Source of the DNA: a virus
Taxonomy: Duplodnaviria; Caudoviricetes
IMG/VR virus record: IMGVR_UViG_3300027198_000001
Span: 1-55,908 of that record
DNA: 55,908 nucleotides
Strand: one strand, 5' to 3'
Shown here: piece by piece, positions 36,571 to 46,158 of the stretch
How the letters are laid out: each line of letters begins with the position of its first letter
How positions within the stretch are numbered: position 1 is the first letter of the stretch
Made by a program: the position numbers and the translations under genes
Notes under the pieces: generated by a model
What the model was told of the DNA's origin: nothing
Seen by the model: the letters and a program-made list of their open reading frames with translations, nothing else
Databases searched by the model: none

Positions 36571-37013
36571 AGCTTTACTAACTCTGCTGATGTATATGGG
36601 ATATGGAAAAACAACTCACCCTTCTGGATGTATCTACCTAGAGCTTCTTTTAGACTCTCTTTAGTTAGAAGGGTGTCCTTAATGCGCCATGCCTGTTTGA
36701 AGTCAGGGCGGAAGATGTAGAAGTTTAGAACACCGTCTACACTCTTGTGCTTGTCTAGCAATCGTTGCTTTCGCTCTGGTAGTCGGATCTCTTTCCAGTT
36801 TGTATTCCAATCACCTGTCCACCCTGTTTTAACTTCAACTTCATTGAAGTAGGTTAATCCATTCTTCTGTGATACTACATCTACATTGTAATTCTCTTCG
36901 TTGCTTACAATAGTATGCCCATTAGCCTCTAGGTGACCTACCAAAGCCGCACGAGCAGGTTCGTCGTATGCTTTGTATAAGGCATTACTAAATGGTTTTC
37001 TATAAGCTGACAT
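36567..37013 (-). CDS. PD-(D/E)xK-like nuclease family protein
   Basis: YNVD(x)n-EVEVK motif. Confidence 0.55.
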   Translation of the reverse strand: MSAYRKPFSNALYKAYDEPARAALVGHLEANGHTIVSNEENYNVDVVSQKNGLTYFNEVEVKTGWTGDWNTNWKEIRLPERKQRLLDKHKSVDGVLNFYIFRPDFKQAWRIKDTLLTKESLKEALGRYIQKGELFFHIPYTSAELVKL

Positions 37014-37032
37014 GCAGTTTCCTTTTTTGTTA

Positions 37033-37120
37033 TGGTGTCAGTCAGGGGAATTGAACCCCCTCAACAACTGCGCCACTGACGCCTAGGGTAGCTGTTGTTG
37101 TCGGCAAACCTGCACTGACA
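37033..37120 (-). ncRNA. tRNA-like RNA with acceptor stem, T-arm and CCA but non-canonical D/anticodon region
   Basis: GTCAGT/ACTGAC-A-CCA; GGGGG-TTCAATT-CCCCT T-arm; long CAACAAC/GTTGTTG stem in place of the anticodon arm. Confidence 0.65.
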
Positions 37121-37123
37121 TAT

Positions 37124-37200
37124 TGGTCCTCCCTACAGGACTCGAACCTGTAACCTAGTCATTAGAAGTGACTTGCTCTATCCTGTTGAGCTAAGGAAGG
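37124..37200 (-). tRNA. tRNA-Arg (anticodon TCT)
   Basis: CCTTCCT/AGGGAGG acceptor, TAGCTCAACAGGATAGAGC D-arm, AGTCA-CTTCTAA-TGACT anticodon arm, GTTCGAG T-loop, encoded CCA. Confidence 0.95.
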
Positions 37201-37213
37201 GTTTGGGTGAAGA

Positions 37214-37441
37214 CTATAGGCTCTTGATATACTTGTCAAGTTCCTCATAACCACCAATGTACTCACCCTGTGAGTTCCAGATTTGTGGTACAGTTGTAAG
37301 CTCTGCCTTGCCTAGCAAGTCTTTAAGCCACTTAGAACTACGGATGTTGTAGGTTACTGAGTACATCTTGTTCTCTACCATTAACGCCTTAGCCTTATCG
37401 CAGTATGAGCAGTTGTCTTGTGTAATGACGATGAATGTCAC
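37214..37441 (-). CDS. Glutaredoxin (NrdH-like)
   Basis: CSYC, TVPQI, YIGGY; adjacent to the RNR gene. Confidence 0.92.
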   Translation of the reverse strand: MTFIVITQDNCSYCDKAKALMVENKMYSVTYNIRSSKWLKDLLGKAELTTVPQIWNSQGEYIGGYEELDKYIKSL

Positions 37442-37497
37442 TGTGTCACCTCCTTCAGGTGTGTAAGCAGTTTAGACACATGCTCAGGTGGTTAGAG

Positions 37498-39501
37498 TTA
37501 ACGGATAGGGCAAGCACCTGTGGCACAAGCTTCGTCAGACAGATCATCTGTAGAGGCCAAGTTAGTCAAGTCTACTGGCATCAACGTGTTAGCATACGCA
37601 CGATACACTTCCTCAGATACGACCTCCTGTGGCAAGTAGGCATAACCCAAGTCTTCTGCTGTCTTAGTTGGGTCATTACGATAGATGAATGACACACCCA
37701 CATATGTATCCCAGTTGTCCAAGATCCAGTCAATGATGACAGGAACCTCACCAGTGTCGTAGCTGATAGTGACAGAACAGTTGTGATCTACGTAGTGATC
37801 CATCATCAACTTGTAACGATCAAGCTGACCAATGGCTGACTCAAGGTTAACATGCTTGCCGTCTACTACATCAAACTTAACATCCTCGTAGGCTACAGGG
37901 AATGTAACCAACACACTGTCAATCTCGAAGGGCTTGTCGATCACCTTGTAGCCAGCAGCTACCAGTGTAGGGATGATCTCGTCATGCTTAGAGAACGTCA
38001 CGTTGTTGAAGAGATACTTACCTAGTGGCTTGTGTACACCCTCAGTAGTGTCCATGATCTTAGACAGTGTACCAGAAGGCTTGACTGTAGTGACCAGCTT
38101 AGCACGAGGCAAGCCCAGCTCGTCAGCCATAGAGTTGGCACCCTTCTTAGCAGAAGAACGTAGTGCCTGTAGCATAGCTTCGATGTTGCTTACACCTGTG
38201 TGGTGATCCAAGAACTTAACAATACCTGTAGCACCTACACCACAGAGACGGAGGAACTCGTTAAGCTCGTGCCAAGAACGCTGCAACACACCATCATCTA
38301 GGTTCACACATGTCTGACGGTAGTTAGCACGAGCTACGATCTCAATAGCTTCTTGTAGTCCACCAAAGTCAGTGAGGAACTTACCCCAATCTACCTCGAC
38401 AAGGTTGCAAAAACTCTTATTTCCGAGCAAAATCTCAGCGCAAGGATTTACACCTTTAAAGTGTGGCGCTCTCTTCTTTGCACTTTCTGCGTTAATGAAC
38501 CCAGGCTCAGACCCACCAGCCTCAACCATCTTGTCGAAGATGTAGCTAAGCTCCCACTTGGTTGGCTTCTTATGGAAGACAATAGAGTTGTTGGACTGCT
38601 GACGATGCTCATTACCGTGCAACCAGAAGTCTTTCTTAGCTGAGATGAAGGCGTCTACTTCAGGGTCAGACACTGGCATCAAAGCAATCTCAGCAGAACG
38701 ACGAGAGGATAGTGTAGTACCCAAGTGGTTAAGCACATCAAGGATGTCGATACGTGTAAGAAGCTGACCAGCACGATCATTCATCAAGTCACAGATGCGT
38801 TGGAATGCTACAGTAACAGTGGCATCGCCTGAGCTAATCCAACCGTAACCCTTGAGGCGTTCACCTGCTGCACGTACTTCCGTAAAGTCCAAGACCAGTA
38901 CATCTACAGCATCCTTCATAGCAAAGAGTTTACCTGCTGACTTAGCCCAAGCTTCAGCACTATCACCAATCTTTAGGTGGTATGTCTTCTTGCCGTCTTC
39001 ATCTACGGATGTCCATGACTGGTTGCTAGGACAGCCCTTAGTTTCACCCAAGACCTTAGCAGAGCGAATGATCTTCACGTCTAACTTCTTAGCGAAGCCA
39101 TTGAGTGTACCGACAACAGGCTCGAAGCCTACACCACACCCTTGAAGCAACAACCACATAGCATCTACGATATCGTGTACAGTCTCTACACGGCCAAAGG
39201 AACAATTGAACTGTGATGCTTCTCGTGTCTTAGACACCTGTGTACCGCCCAGCCACAGTGTACGGCCTGATACAGTAGCTTTACGCTCCATCATAAGGGT
39301 ACGTAGCTTATTAAGTTCGTCGGTCTCTAGCATGTCTAGGGTGCTGCCCTTGGCACGTTCCCAGAGCCACTTCTGGTGATCAACTACACGATCTACTGTC
39401 TCACCCCATGTCTCGAAGGTGCCATCCTCTTTAGGGCGGTTATATGTACGCCGTGTCACCACATTGGCACGAGTAGAAAACTCTTGGTAGTTCTTAGTCA
39501 T
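37498..39501 (-). CDS. nrdJ: Class II (B12-dependent, RTPR-type) ribonucleotide reductase
   Basis: RRTYNR, FNCSF, NPCAEI, TTVKPSGT, C-terminal CATGACPIR; no beta-subunit gene. Confidence 0.92.
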   Translation of the reverse strand: MTKNYQEFSTRANVVTRRTYNRPKEDGTFETWGETVDRVVDHQKWLWERAKGSTLDMLETDELNKLRTLMMERKATVSGRTLWLGGTQVSKTREASQFNCSFGRVETVHDIVDAMWLLLQGCGVGFEPVVGTLNGFAKKLDVKIIRSAKVLGETKGCPSNQSWTSVDEDGKKTYHLKIGDSAEAWAKSAGKLFAMKDAVDVLVLDFTEVRAAGERLKGYGWISSGDATVTVAFQRICDLMNDRAGQLLTRIDILDVLNHLGTTLSSRRSAEIALMPVSDPEVDAFISAKKDFWLHGNEHRQQSNNSIVFHKKPTKWELSYIFDKMVEAGGSEPGFINAESAKKRAPHFKGVNPCAEILLGNKSFCNLVEVDWGKFLTDFGGLQEAIEIVARANYRQTCVNLDDGVLQRSWHELNEFLRLCGVGATGIVKFLDHHTGVSNIEAMLQALRSSAKKGANSMADELGLPRAKLVTTVKPSGTLSKIMDTTEGVHKPLGKYLFNNVTFSKHDEIIPTLVAAGYKVIDKPFEIDSVLVTFPVAYEDVKFDVVDGKHVNLESAIGQLDRYKLMMDHYVDHNCSVTISYDTGEVPVIIDWILDNWDTYVGVSFIYRNDPTKTAEDLGYAYLPQEVVSEEVYRAYANTLMPVDLTNLASTDDLSDEACATGACPIR

Positions 39502-39881
39502 CGCTTGTCTCCGCTTCCTTTAAGTGTGCCACGTTCTTTGCGGCCATTCAGTTTTTCCATATTAAGCTCTGCTACTCTCTTCAAGCTACCACCAAAGATG
39601 TGAGAGGTAACTGTCAGGTAGTACAATACATCGCCTAACTCATTTAGAATGTCTTCATTAGTAAATCTAGTCTTATCCCTATAAACTTTCTTTACTTTCT
39701 CAGCTACCTCACCAGCCTCTCCTACAAGACCTAAGACGTTCTCAAATAGCCTGTCAGTACCTTCTGTCATAACAAGTGTCTCTGCCCAGTCACTATAGAA
39801 CTGCATCTGGTCTTTTGAGGCTTCTTGGTTCTCAAACATATCAAAGTAACCCATTGCCTTCAAATCTTCTCCGCTAATCAT
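39498..39881 (-). CDS. mazG: MazG-like nucleotide pyrophosphohydrolase
   Basis: GLVGEAGEVAEKVKK...ELGDVLYY...N.EKL..R..RG.L.GSGD.R. Confidence 0.9.
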   Translation of the reverse strand: MISGEDLKAMGYFDMFENQEASKDQMQFYSDWAETLVMTEGTDRLFENVLGLVGEAGEVAEKVKKVYRDKTRFTNEDILNELGDVLYYLTVTSHIFGGSLKRVAELNMEKLNGRKERGTLKGSGDKR

Positions 39882-40051
39882 AGTCTCTCCTTCACTATCA
39901 GATTATCAATCTCTACATCATCTACATCATACATAACATCTGTAATCAGATCGTGTATATCAGACTCGTGTGCATCTTCATACGAAGACAGGATATTGTT
40001 AGACTTATCCACCTTCAAAACAAACATGACATTAAACTTTTTCTGGCTCAT
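39878..40051 (-). CDS. Hypothetical acidic protein (57 aa, not in ORF track)
   Basis: MSQKKFNVMFVLKVD...KERL; ATGA overlaps on both sides. Confidence 0.65.
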   Translation of the reverse strand: MSQKKFNVMFVLKVDKSNNILSSYEDAHESDIHDLITDVMYDVDDVEIDNLIVKERL

Positions 40052-40299
40052 CCTTCTTTCTCCTGTAATGCTTCTTTCTCCTGTAATGCTTCGTTCATCT
40101 TACGCAGGTAGTATGCCGCCTTATGCATATCCTCTAAAGGCTTCTGCTTGTATTTGTAACGATGTTGATACTTAATCAAGTTACCGTGACAGTAAGCAAT
40201 GAAACCATCTAGTCCCAGCACTTGCTTGATATACTCAATACACTCTATTCCACCAGAGTTATAGTGCGCTGGGCGTTCTACTGGATCATATTCACTCAT
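40048..40299 (-). CDS. DUF3310 protein (T7 gp1.7-related)
   Basis: DPVERPAHY..GGIECI...GNLIKY..RY..K...ED..KA..YL. Confidence 0.85.
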   Translation of the reverse strand: MSEYDPVERPAHYNSGGIECIEYIKQVLGLDGFIAYCHGNLIKYQHRYKYKQKPLEDMHKAAYYLRKMNEALQEKEALQEKEG

Positions 40300-40661
40300 G
40301 CTGAACCTACTGTTTTTGTTTTAGCATTCAAAGTCAGGACATTACCTTCCTTTTTGTACACAGGCTTTGTATCTTCTTCCATATCAGCCATAACCTCTTC
40401 ATATTGATCTGGGAATAGATGCTTAGCAATCTCAGTCATAGCTGGGTATAGCTCTTCAATGAAGTCTGGGTACTCGTCGTTATACATAAATGCAGCCGAC
40501 ATAAGCATAGCTGCCTGTAGCATCTCTGCGCCAGCCATACCATTTGGAACTTCTTGAGAGATAACTATGCCTGTACTGATGATATTGTTCCACTCACCAT
40601 CCTCACCGTACTCTGGCTTGATGATGATAGCTACTTCATCCTCTTTAAGGGTATAGCCCAT
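40296..40661 (-). CDS. Hypothetical protein
   Basis: Coupled ORF in the replication operon. Confidence 0.75.
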   Translation of the reverse strand: MGYTLKEDEVAIIIKPEYGEDGEWNNIISTGIVISQEVPNGMAGAEMLQAAMLMSAAFMYNDEYPDFIEELYPAMTEIAKHLFPDQYEEVMADMEEDTKPVYKKEGNVLTLNAKTKTVGSA

Positions 40662-41101
40662 TAGGTCTTCCTTTTTGTCTTTAGCAGAATCTTACTTGTA
40701 TTACAGCGTGATCCTGGCTCTGTCAACCAACTCTCAGGGATTACCCTATGTGACCACTTATACCCATGCTTCTCACACCACTCAAAGTATCTAGACTTAG
40801 CGCCCTTATTGAGAGGTGCTTTAGCATTCCAGAACACGAAGCGGATATCTAACTCTGGGTGCTGCTCCTTGACTGCTAAATGTTTACGGCGGTCATCAGC
40901 GTCGAAGTAGCCTTTGGTTTCAATTAAGATACCATTATCTAACTCGAAGTCTGGTGTATAAGTTCTGTATCTAAGATCCTCCCATTCAATCTTTAGAAGC
41001 TCATATTTAACTTCTAACTGTCTCTCTGACAAAAACGCAACGGCCTCATCTTCAAGGCCGCTGCGATAGCTACTAGATATATGTCTTGCTCTTCTAGCCA
41101 T
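40661..41101 (-). CDS. Endonuclease I (T7 gp3-like Holliday junction resolvase)
   Basis: YRSGLE, YTPDF, IETKG, HPELDIRFVF, WCEKHG. Confidence 0.92.
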   Translation of the reverse strand: MARRARHISSSYRSGLEDEAVAFLSERQLEVKYELLKIEWEDLRYRTYTPDFELDNGILIETKGYFDADDRRKHLAVKEQHPELDIRFVFWNAKAPLNKGAKSRYFEWCEKHGYKWSHRVIPESWLTEPGSRCNTSKILLKTKRKT

Positions 41102-41958
41102 TAGGTATCTTCCGCCAAGTAGATGTAGTCTACCATAGGTGGGTTTTTAGCCTTAGAGTTTGGCGATGGTATGGTCTGTAGTGTAGGCCAACATTTGTGT
41201 TTGAAGGCACAGAAACCACACTCGACACCCAGCTTTGTATTGCCCGTCTCTTTGCGATAGAACGTCTCTTTGATAGGCTCAAAGCAACGCTCAAATGGCT
41301 CGTCGTTGTCGATGTAATCTGTAAGCTCTTCAATCTGTTTCAGAACAGCCTCTTTGTCTACGCCATCAGCAGCAACGTACTTAAACTCGCCATTAGCTTT
41401 GTTGACTACCCACCAGCCGCCAACCTCTTTACCTGCGCCCTCTGCATACCCTACAAGCTGTGGGATGTAGCCGAAGCTGTCACCTGTAGCTAAGGCCTCA
41501 AAGGATGCAAACTTGTTTTGATAAGACCACGGAGACGCAGACTTAACGTCATCCACCTTACCATCCAAGATCATGTCATACTCACCACGGATTTCTTTAC
41601 CGTTAGCTAACTTGAGTGTGACGTAATCGTTGTCTGTAAACTCCACATTTGCTGCTCTCATAATACCTTTGAACACTGCTTCAACAATGTCACCGAGGAT
41701 CATGTTCATCAGGAAGTGTGGCGGGAAAGGTGTCTTACCCTCTGGTTCATTCTTGTCATACCATAGCTGGCACTTAGGGCGACCAATGTTAGACATGCGT
41801 AAGCGGAATGCGTCACGAGGACCACTATCAAACTGCTTAAACAACGCTGCCTTAACGTCGGAGGCGACCTTATCAGCCACCTCCTCTGTCATTGTAGTCT
41901 CACCCGCCATAGCTCTTTGCAAGAATGTAAAGATTGCTAGTTCTGCAGGGTGATTCAT
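41101..41958 (-). CDS. PD-(D/E)xK exonuclease (Cas4/RecB-like)
   Basis: RMSNIGRP.CQLW, GEYD, DDVKS, Q..GY, C-terminal C..C..K..CW. Confidence 0.8.
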   Translation of the reverse strand: MNHPAELAIFTFLQRAMAGETTMTEEVADKVASDVKAALFKQFDSGPRDAFRLRMSNIGRPKCQLWYDKNEPEGKTPFPPHFLMNMILGDIVEAVFKGIMRAANVEFTDNDYVTLKLANGKEIRGEYDMILDGKVDDVKSASPWSYQNKFASFEALATGDSFGYIPQLVGYAEGAGKEVGGWWVVNKANGEFKYVAADGVDKEAVLKQIEELTDYIDNDEPFERCFEPIKETFYRKETGNTKLGVECGFCAFKHKCWPTLQTIPSPNSKAKNPPMVDYIYLAEDT

Positions 41959-42836
41959 TAGTCTGCGTCCACATCAATGATAGAACCAACAAGAGCGGCA
42001 TCTTCAGCACTCATGCTACGGTCAGAGCGTTCATGGTGCATATCCATGATCTTACCGTTGCTGTACTCAATGAAGCCCAAGAAGTCTTTAAGCGTCTCAT
42101 TGTCTCCGTCAGACAGTTCAACCGTCTCACCTACAGCAGACTTGATGATACCATAAGTAGCACCTGTTGGGATGCTAGCCTCTTCACCAGTCAAGGTAAG
42201 TGTAGCCATGATTGGAAGCAGGTTCTTACGAGCAAGAACAGCAAGTGAAGCATCAATAGCCTTCAAGCTGTCACGGTTCTTAACATCCATTACGAATGGC
42301 AAGTTCTCGTACTTACCAGAGATGTCTTCACCCTTTTCGTTCTTAGGCTCAGCGATAGTGACTACACCCATATACATCTTTACACGCTTAACAGAGCGCA
42401 TAACTTCTTTAACTGCATCAGACAAAGCGTTGAAGTCTTCGATGTAACCACTTGGACGTCCCAGGTTGAAGCCACCAATGCTGTCCTGCATATCACCATT
42501 GAGATTGTTGCCCATGACAGACTTTTCCATCTCGTTAGTTCCAGAGTTCCAGCGTTGCCACTGTTGGCGCTGGGCGAAGACACGAATAGAGATGCTCTCT
42601 GAATAGATAACATCGTCACCCATTGTGATCTTGTAAGACCCTACAGGGATAACGTCTGTCTTGATCTTCTTACCACCTACGTCAATCTCACCCTTGAGTG
42701 CGGTGCTGACTACGTTGATACGTGCAATAGATGGGCCATTCTGTTTACCAGAAGATTCTGATACACCCATCAACTCTGCGAGAGACTTACCACGATCTGC
42801 GGCTACTGTTAGTTCTGTACTCATTTTATTCTCCAT
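41958..42836 (-). CDS. Putative single-stranded DNA-binding protein
   Basis: Between polymerase and exonuclease; acidic C-terminal tail; own promoter. Confidence 0.55.
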   Translation of the reverse strand: MENKMSTELTVAADRGKSLAELMGVSESSGKQNGPSIARINVVSTALKGEIDVGGKKIKTDVIPVGSYKITMGDDVIYSESISIRVFAQRQQWQRWNSGTNEMEKSVMGNNLNGDMQDSIGGFNLGRPSGYIEDFNALSDAVKEVMRSVKRVKMYMGVVTIAEPKNEKGEDISGKYENLPFVMDVKNRDSLKAIDASLAVLARKNLLPIMATLTLTGEEASIPTGATYGIIKSAVGETVELSDGDNETLKDFLGFIEYSNGKIMDMHHERSDRSMSAEDAALVGSIIDVDAD

Positions 42837-42859
42837 GAGATTTGTGTTAAAGAGACTAA

Positions 42860-42888
42860 GTTATACCATCAAGCGTCTTTTACGTCAA
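42860..42888 (-). promoter_or_regulatory. Sigma70-like promoter of the SSB-like gene
   Basis: TTGACG-N17-TATAAC on the - strand. Confidence 0.65.
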
Positions 42889-44917
42889 GCCAATTAGGCC
42901 CAATCTTTGACTCAAGTAGTAGTGGCACGTTCATTACAACACCATAGGCTTTCTCTATGAGGTCGTTTAGTTCTTCGTTCATATCGTCAATGATTTGTAG
43001 CACGATTTCCTTCTCCTCTGGGTGAGTATCTACAACTGTTGAGTCATGCACTGTATTAACAAGGCAGGATTGTAGACCACTTAACCGTTTCTCCAATTCT
43101 ATCAGCACGACAGGAACCACATCACCAGTAGCAAAGCCCTGTACTGGGTAGTTCTTGATCATAGTGAAGTGTGATACACCGCCACGCTGGTTACGTTTAA
43201 CATCTGGGAAAGCGTATTGCCGCCCAGACTTACTGGTAATCTTGTTGAAGCGTACTGCTTCATCTGCCAAGCTCTTGTGCCAAGCAGCTACACCTTCATA
43301 CTTCTCGTTGAAGTGGATGTAGTATGCCTCTTCTGCCTTACTTCTGCCGTACCCTGTAGCCCCGAAGAGGGGTGCGAAGGTATGCTCCTTAGCTTGCTGA
43401 CGTGTAGTAGGCTGTCCAGCATCTGTGATAACCTGTGCAGTGTAGCTGTGAACATCAAAGCCGTTTGCAATCTCTGCAATAGCTACAGGGTCTTGCGATA
43501 GGTATGCAGCAGTACGAAACTCTAGCTGTGCAAAGTCTGCCTCTAGGATGTGACCGCCCTCCCAGCGTGATATGAACACACGCTTAACAGGGAATGTGCC
43601 GCCACGAGGCATGTTCTGCATGTTAGGGTTACGACCACTGAAGCGGCCAGTAGCAGTAATGTGCTGTGTTAGACCTACGTGTAAGTAGCCATCTTTCTTG
43701 GTGAAGGTGTCAATGCCTTCGACGAATGAAGATAGGTAGCTGCTAACAGCAGACAGACGCTTGAGGTCAGTAAGAAAGCTGATCGCTTCTTCCATGCCCT
43801 TTGTCTTAGCCGTACCAATGAGTACATCTAGGTTATCCTTTCCTGTGCTGAAACCATTGGCGCTGACCCACTTCTTTGTAGGTGCAGCAAATGCTAGTCC
43901 AGCTAATATATTTGTCTCTTTTAGTTGATAACCACGAGCATCGCAGTCCTTGCACTTGTTTGGACGGGAAAACTTTGTGCCATCCTTCTTTATCTTAAAC
44001 ACCTTACCTTGACCCTTACATTCAGGGCAGGTGAAAGCTTTAGTGCGGCGGATCAGAGTGCTGTTAGCCTCTACAGCCTGTGTGAACTCTTTCTTATCAT
44101 TGGCATACTCGAATAGAGTAGCCCACTCTTTCTTGTTGTTGATCTTACGAGAGAAAACTACCTGAGACATCTGCTCTGGTGAGTTGAGGTTTATAGGTGT
44201 GTCGCCCATGATCTCACGCACCTTGTGTTGCAGTCTGTCTTCGATGTCTGCCTTCTCTTGCTCAAACTCTTTACGCACTGCATCAAGGGCAACACGATCC
44301 ACCTTGAAACCTGCCATATACATACGTGTAAGCGTCTTACATGTGTCAAACGTAACTGCCTTAACCTTGGCTAACGACTGCGCCTCTGGCTCACTATAGT
44401 CTGCCTCAATAGCGTGAAACAGTTCTCGTGTCGTATCTAAGTCAGCTTGAAGATAGAACGTAAGCTCTTTCAGTGGGATCTCGTTGGTGTTGTAACCATC
44501 CTTGAAGTACTTCTTGAGAGTGTCATCCTTTTGCGAAGTTAGCTGTCTGCGCTGGGCGCATCCGTCTAGGCTAAGGCTATCCTTCTGGCCTCGCAGTAAG
44601 ATGTATTCCGCTAACATTGTGTCATATATGTCACAGTCATATGTAAAGCCACACTCCCACAACCACATAAGATCGTGCTGGGCATTATGCATGATCAGAA
44701 GCGTAGTCATATCTAGGATATCTTGGATAAGCTTACGCCCAGCGCCACTGGTATCCTTAGCTTCTACGTGATCAATGTTAACAATGAATGTCTCTTCGGC
44801 ATTATCCGCATTCTGCATCCCAACCTGCACAAGGAAGTTACCCTCCTCATACGGATCAAGGTGCCACTTGTCGTTACGCATTTGTGTAGTGTTCTCAACG
44901 TCTAATACCAGTCTCAT
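42869..44917 (-). CDS. polA: DNA polymerase family A with inserted DnaJ-like zinc finger
   Basis: ExoI LDVE, HNAQHDL, TGRFSG..PNMQN, motif A DFAQLE, motif B RQQAKEHTF, motif C VHDS; CPECKGQG...CKDCDARG insert. Confidence 0.95.
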   Translation of the reverse strand: MRLVLDVENTTQMRNDKWHLDPYEEGNFLVQVGMQNADNAEETFIVNIDHVEAKDTSGAGRKLIQDILDMTTLLIMHNAQHDLMWLWECGFTYDCDIYDTMLAEYILLRGQKDSLSLDGCAQRRQLTSQKDDTLKKYFKDGYNTNEIPLKELTFYLQADLDTTRELFHAIEADYSEPEAQSLAKVKAVTFDTCKTLTRMYMAGFKVDRVALDAVRKEFEQEKADIEDRLQHKVREIMGDTPINLNSPEQMSQVVFSRKINNKKEWATLFEYANDKKEFTQAVEANSTLIRRTKAFTCPECKGQGKVFKIKKDGTKFSRPNKCKDCDARGYQLKETNILAGLAFAAPTKKWVSANGFSTGKDNLDVLIGTAKTKGMEEAISFLTDLKRLSAVSSYLSSFVEGIDTFTKKDGYLHVGLTQHITATGRFSGRNPNMQNMPRGGTFPVKRVFISRWEGGHILEADFAQLEFRTAAYLSQDPVAIAEIANGFDVHSYTAQVITDAGQPTTRQQAKEHTFAPLFGATGYGRSKAEEAYYIHFNEKYEGVAAWHKSLADEAVRFNKITSKSGRQYAFPDVKRNQRGGVSHFTMIKNYPVQGFATGDVVPVVLIELEKRLSGLQSCLVNTVHDSTVVDTHPEEKEIVLQIIDDMNEELNDLIEKAYGVVMNVPLLLESKIGPNWLDVKDA

Positions 44918-44928
44918 CCATCTCTCCT

Positions 44929-46158
44929 CTATGCGCTATATAGGCTGCGCCCACCATCCAACTCACAGTGTACCACACCATGCCAGCCACCTTTAAGCTT
45001 GTTCTTAGCGATGTTCAAGTGTCGCTGAGTGTCTTGCTCGTCTGCACCTTCGACTACAGGGTTCTTACTGATCAAGACCATCAGGTCAGCTTCAGCAGCC
45101 TTACCTGTCTTGGAGCCTTCCATCATGGACTGATCCACAATGACCTTACCTTCTGCTACCGCACTTAGCTGTGACATCCAGACTACGCAGCAACTGTACT
45201 GCTTAGCGATGTTACGTGCATAGATGGCTGCATCCTTGAGGTATACGTCTGACTTGTCACTGGTCTTAGATGCAAACTTGTCACCCATGTCTAGGATCAG
45301 GATGTCAGGACGTTCTTGCTTCACTAGGGATTCAACCCACTGCATGTCTTTGTTTGTGCTGTCCTTAATACGGATGTTCTTACGTACTGGCTCATAGCGT
45401 GAACGGGCCAGCGTCACGTTACCCTTAACCTCTTCCATAGTCATACCAGCAGCAGCACTCAAGTAACGTGCGCCTACACGCTCATATGCCTCCTCGTTAC
45501 ACAAGACTACGCACTTGGCTCCTTGATGCGCCCAACCCCCAGGCCCAGCAATCAGTGATGCATGGAAGGATGTCTTACCTGTGTTGGGACGTGCGCCAAC
45601 CAGAAGTAGGTGACCCCCACTAACACCCTCGACCTTACGCTGTAGACTAGGGATGTTAAACTTCCACTGTGTCTGTAGATCGTTAGCCTCAAGCAGACGG
45701 TCAATAGAGATGTCTTCCCATGTGATCTTAACATTGGGTGTGAAGTCATCTTTGTAGTCATCCAAGATGCGGCGTAGAGGCTCCAAGGATGTCTGTGACC
45801 CGTTAACGAAGTCAAAGCCTAGGTTAGCTACAAGATCGCCTACATACTGCTGGAACAATTGCCCTAGCACTGTGTCTGCAATCTCTTCTTTGACTACATC
45901 AGCTTTATCCATCTTACGGAATAGATCACCGTATGCAGTCTTTGTAGCTGTAGTCATGGTCTGGTTCTGTGCGTAGAACAGCGCTTCTAGGTCAGCCATG
46001 TTGAGGTCGCCATCGTAGTTGTTCATAGCATGATCTAGTGTCTGCTTGATCTTACGGATGTCCTTAGTGAAGATCTTATCTGGGCATCTGATACCCTTGT
46101 GTTGGTCATAGAAGTCACGCTTTAGGAGCGTCTTAATCAGTGCTAGTTCCATCGTCAT
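44929..46158 (-). CDS. DnaB-like replicative helicase
   Basis: GARPNTGKT, ILDMGD, SQLS, EADL, IAKNK. Confidence 0.9.
   Translation of the reverse strand: MTMELALIKTLLKRDFYDQHKGIRCPDKIFTKDIRKIKQTLDHAMNNYDGDLNMADLEALFYAQNQTMTTATKTAYGDLFRKMDKADVVKEEIADTVLGQLFQQYVGDLVANLGFDFVNGSQTSLEPLRRILDDYKDDFTPNVKITWEDISIDRLLEANDLQTQWKFNIPSLQRKVEGVSGGHLLLVGARPNTGKTSFHASLIAGPGGWAHQGAKCVVLCNEEAYERVGARYLSAAAGMTMEEVKGNVTLARSRYEPVRKNIRIKDSTNKDMQWVESLVKQERPDILILDMGDKFASKTSDKSDVYLKDAAIYARNIAKQYSCCVVWMSQLSAVAEGKVIVDQSMMEGSKTGKAAEADLMVLISKNPVVEGADEQDTQRHLNIAKNKLKGGWHGVVHCELDGGRSLYSA

Noticed and set aside
37033-37120. Amber-suppressor tRNA (CUA in the loop) or tmRNA
   Set aside because: CUA is not in a 7-nt U33-type anticodon loop; there is no G3-U70 pair or tag reading frame; no sign of TAG recoding, since genes end normally at TAG
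40054-40089. 18-bp tandem duplication (EALQEK twice) at the end of the DUF3310 gene
   Set aside because: Real but a trivial in-frame slippage with no evident function
37498-46158. Inteins or introns in RNR, polymerase or helicase
   Set aside because: Proteins are of normal length with contiguous motifs and no intein splice-junction signatures
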